This document shows, piece by piece, positions 24,720 through 35,823 of a stretch of 64,000 nt of DNA. The notes under the pieces are model-generated. The model did no database searches. It was not told the DNA's origin and saw only the letters and a program-made list of their open reading frames with translations. Position numbers and translations under genes: made by a program. The number at the start of each line of letters is the position of its first letter. Position 1 is the first letter of the stretch. This DNA is from Stegostoma tigrinum (taxonomy: Eukaryota). The stretch is from NCBI RefSeq assembly GCF_030684315.1, contig NC_081394.1, forward strand, positions 5,550,163 through 5,614,162. The letters run 5' to 3'.

Positions 24720-25950
24720 TCTTACTTCCTGACATGTCTATGTTTTACAGAACTGCACTATGTCTTTATGAAGCCCTGACCCATATAAAATACCTGTTTA
24801 TTGATGCCTGTGTTTTCAATATTCTCATAGCTCCTGCTATTGGACTTTCACATGCGATTCACAAAGTTTCTTCACAATATCTGGACAGTACCAGTTTTGA
24901 TGAACAATCATCTATTTGTCATTCACAGGTTAATGAGGATGTCTCCACTTCCTCATCAGAACTTTTTTTTAAATATAATGACAGTCTGGAACTCCGGCAG
25001 ACGGAGCCTCAGCCTGAGCTGTCTGTGCTATCGCTCTCAAATTTGGCTCTGCTTCCTGATTCTCAGTTAATGAAGACATGCCAAACGCTTCATTTGAATT
25101 ATCTTTATTCTTAAATGGAGCTTCAGTGACCCTAGAATCTGTTTGCAGTATTACTGTGACCTCTGGGCTGGACCTTCTTTATCAATTGATCTGGTCATGC
25201 TACAGGATGGAAGAATATTGGGACCTGTTCCTCTAACTGTTCTGTCATTTAAGCTTCAGCTGGACTTTCTGTGATAATTAGCAAAGTTGAAACTTTTGCA
25301 TCTGTCAGATCATTCCCCAGAAGTAAAAGAATTCCATCTACAGGTCATTTCTTAACTGTCCTGACTACCATGAGCGCAGTCAACCCAAGCTATGCTTCAG
25401 TTGGACTTTGGAGAAAGCAAACTGGAATATCCTCTCCATCTATTCCATTTCCCAACACGGTGGCTTTCATTAAAATCTCTGAATGGAAAATTAAATCCTA
25501 CTCCCTCAAGAGAGTTTGAGTAGCCCTTGTATCTCTGAGAATAGTTATCAACTTGGATTCTTCCTTTGAAGAAAATGGCCCGTACACAAAAATCCTTCGT
25601 ATTTCTCATCTATGCTATGAATTTTTGTGACATTCACGGCAGAGTCTACCTCTAATTTTAATTCGAGCTACAACCTGATTTCTTTCTTTTTCAGACTCAT
25701 TCTTACAAACTCCAATCCGTCCTATCTGTTTCCAGTTGAACCTCCAGCATTCTGAATGCAAGTGTCCCACCTTGGTACCGTGGAAACACCATTGGCTTCT
25801 GACTTTCACTTCCACCCTCGGTACTTTCCCTTTTGATCTGAGGAGGACACCGTGAAGCGTTCCCAGTTATCCTTTCCTTATCTCTTGCCTTCTTTTCACT
25901 CTCCCACTTTCCATCCCTTTTGAATTCGGAGAGTGGTGGAAAACAATTCC
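24720..25950 (-). mobile_element. Ty3/Gypsy (Gmr1-like) fragment: gag zinc knuckle, protease, integrase N-terminus
   Basis: Minus strand, in order: WCFHGTKVGHLHSECW (CCHC knuckle remnant), DGILLLLGNDL (protease end), then VLMRKWR..ESPIAG..KTQASINRYFIW.GLHKDIVQFCKT..TCQ (integrase zinc-binding region). Confidence 0.75.
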
Positions 25951-26386
25951 CAGAGACACAGAACGAATGAGACAAAAGATTGTGCCGTTGTTCGCCGCAG
26001 AAGCTGCCCATTCTCTGAGCTTGTAAAAAGTTCAGTTGCAACTTGCAGGAAACTAATTACGAAAGATGCCTGAACTGACTTTCCGGCTTTCTCCACTCAC
26101 GCGAGTAATCTATTTTCTCTGTTTGTTTGTGCGTATGTCTGTGCGTAAAGGAGGTGTGTATCAGAGGATTATAATTATGATTGTGTTCAATGCGATTGGT
26201 TTATATCTGTTTATCTGCAGCTATATTCTCATCTATGTGATCTAGCCTCCCACATCCCTCCAGGACTAGAATCGCCCAGGGATCTGTTTGTAGTGGGGCT
26301 CATTCTGAAACACTAGGTGCTGAGGGTCTCTGCTGTTAGTTTTGTTCATGTGTCCCAGTTTGCTCATGTCTTCATTCTGTCTGTAG

Positions 26387-28066
26387 GTCCTGGAATCTCC
26401 ACTGGAGCAAGAGTTGGATTGGGAATCGGGATTGTTGCTGTTTTTGTTGTTGTTGTACTTGTGGTTTATAACATTTGGAAGCGAAAAAGGTGGTGAGTTC
26501 TGGAATGTTTCACAATTTCCATGGTTACCCTTTTTTCTTTGTATGAAACTGCATGAAATGTTGTTGCGCTCTGCCCCTGTCCATTCCCTGAGCTGTGAGG
26601 ATGCTTCAATCCAGCCTGAGCAGCATCACCCAGTCACTTCCTGCTTGTCATCCTCTTGTTGCTGAATAGTCCTCATGGATTGGAACGGAGCAAGAGGTAT
26701 CCCACTGGAAAACCAGAGGATGGGGCATATATCAGGAATTTCAGGAGGTATTTAAGTAGGTGACTCACAATAAGTTGTTGCACAAGATGAGGGCTCATAG
26801 AATGAGGCGGCTATACAGAATGGACTGAGGATTGGTTAATGCACAGGAACAGAGCAGGAACGAATCGGTCATTTTCAGCTGTCAGGATGTAACTGGTGCT
26901 GTAAGGATCAGTGCTGGGACTTCAGTGACTCTCAATCTATATCAGCGACTGGGATGAGGGGATAGAGAATAATTGTCCCAGTTTGCTGATGATACAAAGC
27001 TCAGTGGGAAAGGAAGCTGCGAGGAGGATACAGAGGCTGCAAACAGGGATAAGCTGGATAATTGACTGGACCATAACTGTCGTGGCTTGTGTAAAAAAAA
27101 GTGAAGAGTGAATGGAAAAGGCTATTTTTACAAGGTGAAAGGCCAGTGAATGTGTCATTCAGAGGAAATTGTAGACAAATCGCCAAGTTACCATGTAAGG
27201 AATGAGGAAGGGGAATGGGATAGCCACCTTCCTTGCAGGTGGGTCAGAGGAAGGAGATCTTGCTGCAGGTTCTATAAGGATATGTATCAGAAGCAAACTG
27301 GAGGCCTGTGCACAGTCTTGTCTCTTTAGGAAATGTGTGATGTATTTGTTTTTAAGGGAATGTAAGAAAGTTTCACTCGAGTGAATGCTGGGATCAATGC
27401 ACCCTAAGCCACACCCACGCAGTGCTCATTGAAGCTGATTTTCAAGGAATGTCTCATTGCTTGTGTGTGTCTCAGTGTCAGATTTTTTTTGGTCATTCCT
27501 GTATCCCACGTTACAGCTGCTATATAACTCGCCTCAGCCTTTTCAAACCTTCCCTCGAAGTTGGGAATTGGAGGATTCCGTCATTAGGAATCCCATCCTG
27601 GCTTTCCTTGTTCCACTCAATATCCACATGGCTGTGCTCACCATCTTTCCACTCACAGTGGGATGAGGAACTGTTGCAGGGTTCTCTCCCTGTCTCGTGT
27701 GGCCCTCCCTCCGTCGGTCAGCACAGCTCCTGTGGAGTGTCCAGCCCATCGCCTCCTACAAGCCTCCTCTCCTCGACTCTCTGAGGGCTCCATCAGCGTG
27801 CAGCTCCTGCTGCCATTTTTTTTCCAGCTGCTATTCGTCCCACGCTGTTGAGTGCCATTTCATGGGTGTGTGCTTCTGAGCAGCTGCTTTACTCCCCTGT
27901 CCAAACAGTTGGATTGTTTTCACCTGAACTCTGCTGGTTTCTCTCTCCTAGGAATGAAAACAAAAGCTCTCATCAAGACCCTTCGAATGATCTGCTTGAA
28001 CCAAGTGAAATGGAGGTGCTTTCACCAGCATCACCCGATCATGCAGACACAGCGAATGGAGAATGA
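26387..28066 (+). pseudogene. Orphan but open TM exon (26387 to about 26492) and cytoplasmic exon (27952-28066) of the B7-like family
   Basis: GPGISTGARVGLGIGIVAVFVVVVLVVYNIWKRKRW|NENKSSHQDPSNDLLEPSEMEVLSPASPDHADTANGE*; canonical splice sites, phase 2 join; no family-type IgV exon upstream on this strand. Confidence 0.75.
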
Positions 28067-28979
28067 GCCCCTGGGCTGGGGGGTGGCTGCAGCTGAGTTG
28101 CTCTAACCCTGTCTCTGAATTAGCTCATTGCAGTAGCTGTTTGGTGATTGCCATTGGAGAGGCTGAGATCAGCAATGACTTACCAACGTCCAAGTCTGGA
28201 CCACCAACACAATCCCATACAGTTACGCCGCGGTTTTCACAAAGTCAGACCCATTCTGGAGGCTGTTAAAAACTGGCTGGGCAGATCGGAATCCTTGATT
28301 CCAATCCCAGCAATTTTTAATCCTGCACCCTGCGCTCACCACCTCGCCATCTCCGCTGGGGGGGGACAGTCATCTTCAACCCCATGGAATTTTTAGTGGA
28401 GTTGATGATTGATATTTGACGGATGCTGTGAACTTTAAGCTGCATTAGAAACCTTAAGTTTGAAAGCTATTATCCCACGCCTTCTCCATCCTGCTCGCTC
28501 AGTCCACACTCTGTACTGAACCAGTTCACCGGATAATTATGATGCCAAGCTTTAAATGATGATTGCAAAGAATTAGAAATCTGCTTTGATAAAGAACTGC
28601 TATTCTTACAACTCTGACATTGTCAATTCGACAGCAGAGCCACTTTATTGTCAGAAGCTTTCCCTCATTTCACACCCTCTTAACCTTGTCCAATTGAGCC
28701 TATAGATGCTGAAACAACACATCAAAATCAATGAAAACATACTTTAGTCCAACATAATAAACCCTGGCTGAGCTCATCAACTGGTGACTCTTAGAGTTCA
28801 GCTAAGCATTCAGAATGAGGCCTTCTGGAGAAACTGAGTTGCCTGACAATCTGTTTCATCTCCTTTCCCTACTTTTGCCAGCCACAGTCTCAGGAACATG
28901 CAGAACCACCTTTCACTGTGTGGATCATCAGTCACACCATGTGCTGATCTGTGAAAAGGTAACTTCCAGAATGTTCCAT

Positions 28980-30320
28980 GGACATTGTGACCAAGTTCTC
29001 AAAACTGGTATAAATTATTGAGTTACTTTCCAGAAGAAAATCAAAATGACCTGAAAGAGATGTTACAATCACATAGGGAGATATGTGGAAATAAACTGGG
29101 AAGGGCGAATCCAGCTCTGCATGATGTCCAATTCAGCAACATCCCAATAGACTTAGCGCTGTAAGGGTGATACAGGTTCGAGATGAGATTGAAAGCACAC
29201 TCAAAGACAACACAATTAATCAAAGTGAGTTACAGAGACTGGAGCTCACCCATAGTCATGATGCCAAAACCCGACGGTCCCCAGCAATTATGTGTGGACT
29301 ATTGCAATGTCTATGCAGTTACAAAGTCTGATTCATGACCTGTTCTGCATTTGGAAGACTGCATTGCGAAAGCGGGATGAGCAACCCTTATTTGTAAGTT
29401 GGACTTACTCAGAGGATAGTGTCTGGTACTTCTATACAAAACAACAAAAACAAGTTTGGATTTCATGCCACTGAATGAACTATATCAATTTAAAGTCAGG
29501 CCATTTGGTCTGAAAAAAGTGCTAGCGACATTTCCGAGACTAACCAGTTAAGACATTTCCAGATTACCCATTTGCCCGGTGTACAATGTCAAACTGGTGG
29601 TTTTTCATCAAACACGGAAGGAATATTTGCAGCATTTATCTGAATTATTTGATCAATTTCAGGAGCCAGGCTTGGTGATAAACCTGGCTGAGAGTGGATT
29701 CACCAAAGCCCAATTCACATTTTTGAGTAATGTTACTGGACGTGGACAGTTGGCCGCATGCATTGTAAAAACAAAGTTTATTGGCGGGTTTCCCATTGCT
29801 GAAGAGTGGGTTTTATTGGAAATTCGTACTGAATTTTAACAGTGTGGTTCTCCGCTGACTGTCTTATTGAAGAAGTGCAGTGTGCGGCAGATTGTCAGGA
29901 GGTACTCGACAGGCTGAAAGCTGTGTTAACCACCACCCCAGGGTTAGCCACAACTCATTACACAAAGCCATTCAAGGTGGTTATTGAAGTGAGTGTCGGT
30001 GCTCTACTCTTATAACAAGACAATGAGAAGATTGAAAGACCTCTCGGGTATTTCTCCAGGAAACTGAATAATCAGCAACAGAAATATTCCACGATTAAGA
30101 AGGAGCCCTTGAATTTGGTGTTACAACATTTATATTGCCTGTAATGTGTCTGACACAATTATATATCTTGATCATAACCCATTAAAGATTTTGGAGTGAT
30201 TTAAGGACAGAAATTCCAGACTGTTGAGATGGTGCTATTATCGCAGCCATTCAATTTGAAAATTATACATGTGACAGGATGAGAAACCGTTAATGCCGAC
30301 ACATTGTTGTGATTTGGATC
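28980..30320 (+). mobile_element. Ty3/Gypsy (Gmr1-like) RT-RNase H, decayed
   Basis: LLSYFPEENQNDLKEMLQSHREICGNKLG..WSSPIVMMPKPDG..YQFKVRPFGLK..LKAVLTTTPGL..KPFKV..ERPLGYFSRKLN..QQKYSTIKKE..DHNPL..RNSRLLRW. Confidence 0.9.
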
Positions 30321-30495
30321 AAGAAAGATGGAGAAGTTTGGTGGCAGGAGTCAACGGACTGAAATAGAATGAAGGAGGAATGGTTGCAATCAATCACTGG
30401 AAACAATGGAATGTACATGTATCACAGCAAACTAACAGAGTCAGACTTAGGGTTTTAACATAAACCATCTTTGTATATTGATGGTTCATTGTTTT

Positions 30496-31105
30496 AAAGG
30501 GGGTGTGTGACTGTTGTCACTTTAAAAAGTTAACTTTGTCCTGATTTTTTTTTAAAAATAGGTTGTCAAGGCAGAAGAATTGAAGTGGCTAGGGAGCTGA
30601 TCTAAGTTGGTAATTTAGGAAGATTTTAGGTTTTTTTAACACAGTTGTAACAATGGAAGGGGAGTTCTCCCAGATCAGGCTTTCTAGTTTTTTTTAGTTG
30701 CAGTAGTAATAAGATGTTTGAGTCCCAGAAAGGGTTGCAGGCTTCAGTCAATGTGACCGAGTCTGAAATCTCTCTTGAGTTGTTTCTTCCTGGATTGGAA
30801 ACCCGCAAATCTGTGTCTGAATTTACCTTTTTGCCAAGGGGTGTGTTTATGGGATGTTGCTAAATTGGAACAGTTAATTAGTAATAGGTACAGTGCCTGT
30901 TATACGATTAAGTTTTCGAATTGTCAAGTTATTCTAAATTCCTCTTTCTTTTGTTTGTATTTTAACTACAGTGTTTAAATAAATTCTGGTTTACTGAAAT
31001 CTGAGTGTTTGCAACACACCTGGACCAGCCACTTCACACCTACCTTTAAAACAGGAAATTGTGTCGATGCAAACTTCTTAAAATATTTTGAGGGTGTTCA
31101 GGCCA
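30496..31105 (+). mobile_element. Polypurine tract and probable 3' LTR of the Gypsy element
   Basis: AAAGGGGG followed by TGTGTGA shortly after the RNase H end; AATAAA near 30978; family intron homology resumes at about 31106. Confidence 0.55.
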
Positions 31106-32330
31106 TTTCTGTGGGAAGCTTAAAGCTCAGACTTTGAGGGTCTTCAACTCAAAGCTGTTTGTGCTGGATATTTGTCAGCACTGAGCAGCTAGACAGCACT
31201 TTGAATCACGTTTGCCACTTCGACACATGCACTGGGAGAACACAGCTGGATACTGGTCACTCGTTCACTCAGGCACATAAAGCACTGAAGGAGGCCATTT
31301 GGGCCCTCGTATTATCACTGCTGAAAAACGATCTGGCAACAGTTATTCCAGCATTTGGCTCTCGGCCCATCGTGCTGGTGGCTATAGCTACACAAATGTC
31401 TGGGGGCAGGCTAGTGGAACTGAAGCTCTGAACCTGAAGACTGAAATCGGTGTCGTACTGGAGGAAGTGAAAAGGGTTTGGACAGGGTGTAGGATTACTG
31501 ACAGTTGAATACATTGTGTCAGAATAAGGCAGCACCTGATGGTTTGAAAAGAGCCAAGGCAATGTGAAAACTCACCTCCCTCCACCACTAACCGGTTAGA
31601 CTTTCCTCTTCCTCTCCCCCCCACACCCCGTACATGCAGACTCAGCCCAAAATTGATGAAGAGGGTAGACTTAACAGTAATTGTAAAAACAATGCTGCCC
31701 CATATACAACTCACATTCACCTGTCACCCTGTGTTGGTCAGTGACATATCTTAGCTCCCAATTCACCTCTGCCTTGATTTTAATCATTTGTCCCTCAGGT
31801 CATGAGGGTGGAAGGCATTAACCCACATCGGAAATACAGAGGGAATTTTGTCAAAGAGGGAATAACGAATTGCTCCATTCCTCATCCCAGTGCTCAGTAG
31901 CACATCCCATTCCCATTGGATTCCTCCCCACTGTCACTAAGTTTGCTCAGTGTCCAAATGACACTATTCACGTCCCAGGGCTTAACCTGAACACATTAAG
32001 TGCCCAAATACAAACCGAAATAACTGCCGTTGCAGCTGGAAAAGCTCAGAAAATCTGGCAGCATCTGTGGAGAGAAATTGGAGTTAGTACTTCAGATCCA
32101 GTTTCACCTGGGCTGCCTGAAGGGAAGTGCCTTCCTTTCAGTTGTCTTTCTCTTCACCAGCCCCCCACTACCCAAAGCCAAACCTTTAATCACAGCTGAA
32201 ATGTCCCAGCAGTCACACCACTGTCCTGGAACAACAGCAACAACATTTAGGAGCAGCTTCCATGAGCCATGTCCCACCAACAAGAAAACACAGTGAGACC
32301 CTTTCTAACAGATTCACTGCTTGGAAAGTG
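31106..32330 (-). pseudogene. B7-like paralogue remnant B': signal-peptide exon (32274-32226) plus part of the following intron
   Basis: GHGSWKLLLNVVAVVP, both splice sites mutated (CAG to GTG, GT to GA); 31106-31260 matches intron sequence at 34130-34260 and 56050-56170; IgV exon absent. Confidence 0.75.
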
Positions 32331-32830
32331 TGTGGAGCTGGAGGACGTTGGTAACGTGTTAAACAATTATTCCACACCTGCCTTCATTCGAGATTTAGGT
32401 ACAGAATTTTTAAAGATGCTCTATGATGTTCTTAAGCAGATTGACTTTGGGAGTGAGGAAGTATGAGAGGTTTTGACAGGATTAAAGTTGGACAAATCCC
32501 TAGGACTGGATGTGTTGCATCCCAAGCTACTGTGAGAGAATAAGGAAGACACACAGGGACTCTGACCCAAATTTTCAATTTCTCTGGCCACAGGAGAGGT
32601 GCCAGAGGACTGGAGGATAGTTAATGCAGTTCCACTTTTCAAGAAGGAGATAAGCCAGGGAGTACAGACCAGTGAGTCTCACGTCAGTGGGAGGGAAAGT
32701 ATCGGAGAAAATTCTAAAGCAGGCAACTAATCTCTACTTGAAGAGGCATAATTTAATCAGGGGTAGTCAGCATGGCTTAGTCAGAGGGAGATCATGCTTA
32801 ACAAATGTGAGTGAATGTTTTGAGGGTGCG
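32330..32830 (+). mobile_element. CR1-like LINE RT fragment
   Basis: LTGLKLDKSLGLDVLHPKLL..SLATGEVPEDWRIVNAVPLFKK..YRPVSLTSVGGKVSEKIL. Confidence 0.85.
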
Positions 32831-33479
32831 ATCTGAAACGTCAACTTGCCTGCTCCTCCGATGCTGCCTGACCTACTATATTCCTCCAGCTCTACACTGT
32901 ATTGAAAATAATCCCTGAACTTGTTTACTGTGTTTAGGTCAACCATGTGGTTAACTGAGACTCTGGTTCTCTATTAAAGGGGCTTCAGACAGATTAACCC
33001 AGACTCTGGTTCCTGTATAAAACTGTGAAGCAGGTAGATGGCAGTGCCAGCCAAGGAAATCTCAACACAAGTAAAAAAATTCATTTCTCACTGGGACAAG
33101 GTGAAAGGCCAGGTTACTCCTCGTTCAATATGACTCTCCACTGACTCCCAATCTCATCAGCTTCCGAACAGGAGGGTACTGGTAAAATTGTAGCAATATT
33201 GTTCATACAGTATTCCAGAAAGACTAATACCAGCAGGAAACAGGAATCCTCAGAGTCCTGTATCTGAGGGACAGGAAGGGCAATCTCAGAAACAGAAATT
33301 ACAATTCCAGCGAGTTTAAGAACCAGTTTCAGGTAACAGTAACCCACACCACTCGCTATAACAGTCATTCTTTGGGAAAGTATCACACAGCATTTCAAAC
33401 CTAGCAATGTTCCTCTCAGACTATCCAGCATGATCGAATGTAAGAGCTGAAAACACATGCAGTAGTTTAGAAACAGACT

Positions 33480-34743
33480 TAACACGTATGACCGGTCCAA
33501 GAGTCGGATCTCGCTCTAAAGTAAACATCATGTGTTTAGTCCGGTGTGTGAAACAAACTGCAGAAATGCTCAAACACTGCAGACGAGTCAACTAATAAAG
33601 AATGTGCCATCTCAAGTCAGAGATAAAACAAAAGCTGAAACAAAGACCTTCAACTGTGACAGAGAGCTTGAAGTGAACAACTCCCTCCCATCGAAAGTGA
33701 TCCCCCATCCTGCAGTTAAACCTGACGCTGATACTCGTCCTCCTCTGTCTCCCTGAGGTCAGAGATCAGAACTGACCAGTTTTGCCTTGTTCCAGTTAAT
33801 CTTTGAACAAGTTTGTTCTGTTTCTGAACTTTGGGGCCTGGTCTCTCAAATCGTTGTTCTCATCGACAAACTTTTATATAAGTTCACATTTGGATGCTCC
33901 CCAGATTACCAGGAAATCAGAGTCCGAGGCAATTCCTTTTCATGTACAGGGCAGCACAACCTGCTCCCCAAGGAACCCAGAAACTGGGACAGGACAGTCA
34001 CCAGGAAAAGAGTGAAAGTATTTATCCACAGCTATAACCTCCCTGCTGGTACTTTACATGCCAAGCTTCTCATGGTTACGCTGCGATGCTGGATTTACAA
34101 GAAGCTCTGATCAGTAACTCACTGCTTTCATTTCTACGGAAGGGTTAAAGCTCAGAAATTCAGGAATCCCACCCAAAAGCAGCTTGTGCCAGATATTTGT
34201 CAGCACTGAACAGCTGGACCACACTTCGAATCACATGTTTACCATTTGGACACATGTTGGGAGCCTGGGGAGGAATGGAAGGGATGATGTACATTGTGAG
34301 GTGGAGTTTAGAAGCAAAAACATTACAGTGTTGGTGACTGTTTGCTCAGTGTCCAGATGCCACTGCCCACATCCCAGGGGTTAACTTGAAGACATTCAAG
34401 TGCCTTCCTTTCAGCCCAGTCCACCCCCATCTATTGCTCACAGCTGAAATGTCCCAGCAGTCACAGCACTGACCTGGAACAGCACCAATAACATTTCGCA
34501 GCAGCAGCAGTTTCTGTGAGCTCCGTCCCTGCAACAAGAAAACATAATGTGCCCCTTTCAAACAGATTCACTGCTCGGAAAGTTTGCCACAGATTCCCCT
34601 CCCTCCCTCCGTGTCCCCAGGTGGGAGACACTGACAGTAAATACCTGCATCTCCTTTCCCGGGACCCGGACTGGGATCAGGATCAGGGCCAGACACCGAC
34701 AGGAGACCGAGAGGTTGCTGAGAAACGTTATGTAAAACTCCAT
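33480..34743 (-). pseudogene. B7/butyrophilin-like single-IgV pseudogene B (exon 1 ending 34645, signal exon 34528-34474, IgV 34001 to about 33650, stalk about 33516-33480)
   Basis: IgV translation DCPVPVSGFLGEQVVLPCT*KG..VIWG..I*KFVDENNDLRDQAPKFRNRTNLFKD*LEQG fs WSVLISDLRETEEDEYQR; at least 3 stops, a frameshift, acceptor CAG changed to CTG. Confidence 0.9.
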
Positions 34744-35149
34744 GCTGGATGAAGATCAGATTGTGTCTCAGTCAGAAACAGCCCAGAGCCGATTCTGCGA
34801 TGAATAGAATGGATGAGAATGAGATTTATTGTCACTTGCACTCAAATTCCAAAAGAACAGGAGTAGAGGGGAAAGTTAACAGCAGCTCCTCCACACGGCT
34901 CCATACGATGTACAATGTACCTCGGTGCAAACCTACATACAAGGAACCTAGAGATAGCAGGAACTGCCGAGGCTGGAGAATCTGAGATAACACGCTGTGA
35001 AGCTGGATAACACAGTAATCCATTTTGCTTTTGCTGTTGGAAAGGTCCGTTCATGTGGGTCAGCGATGTTCTCACGGTTGGGTCCATTCGCGGTCCTTTC
35101 CCCTGCCCCACATGTGAGACTGTAGGGGAACAGTATGGGTCTGAACAGC

Positions 35150-35730
35150 AGAGGGCGCGCCAGCTCCCGGACTCTACCATTCGCACAGAGACGGCGGGGG
35201 AGTGAGAGATCTCGGTGCAGACTCTGTCGGAAAAGTCCGGGTCAAAGCTGCTTTTGGCCTGAAGGGATTCGAGTGAGACACCGATCCGAGAGGGGGGCTC
35301 CCGGGAAACTGTGAATCCAGAGCCGGGGTGTGGGAAGGAACGGCGGAGGGGTGGGGTGATCCGCAGACACCACCCCTCTCTCTACAATGTGGGTCAGGTT
35401 GTGAATTGTCACTGTTTGCAAACAACTTTCCGACCTGGCCAAAGCAAATGAAACTGAAAGAGCGATGACAGTGTCGAGCTGGATAAACGCAGTGGGTGCG
35501 GTGCATCTTAGGAGCACAAACACGTTTCAGGCCGAGACAACAGAAACTGCTTTGTGCTTTTCACCACTTTCTGAAGAACCAGGACATTTTGCTGCGATTT
35601 GGACGGTGGGGGCGCCTCTTGATGACAGATGCAATTTATTAGGGGAACAACACATTTCCCAGCGAACAGGGAACCCAGCGGGACATTGCATCAACGGCTC
35701 CGATAATGGACACTCTGCGCTTCCTCTAAC
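35150..35730. promoter_or_regulatory. CpG-rich putative bidirectional promoter between genes B and C, with ISRE-like (35450-35460) and kB-like (about 35293-35302) motifs
   Basis: High CpG density compared with the flanks; AAATGAAACTGAAAG fits GAAANNGAAA; GGGGGCTCCC fits GGGRNNYYCC; homologous block upstream of gene D (57290-57400) has GGGGACTCCC at 57331. Confidence 0.55.
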
Positions 35731-35823
35731 ATGGAGTTTTACAAAGTGTTTCTCAGCAGCTTCTCGGTCTCCTGTCGGTGTCTGGCCCTGATCCTGATCC
35801 CAGTCCGGGTCCCGGGAAAGGAG

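Noticed and set aside
25950-26100. Possible minus-strand first exon (ATGGGCAGC..)
   Set aside because: No convincing donor or downstream exon; abuts the Gypsy gag fragment
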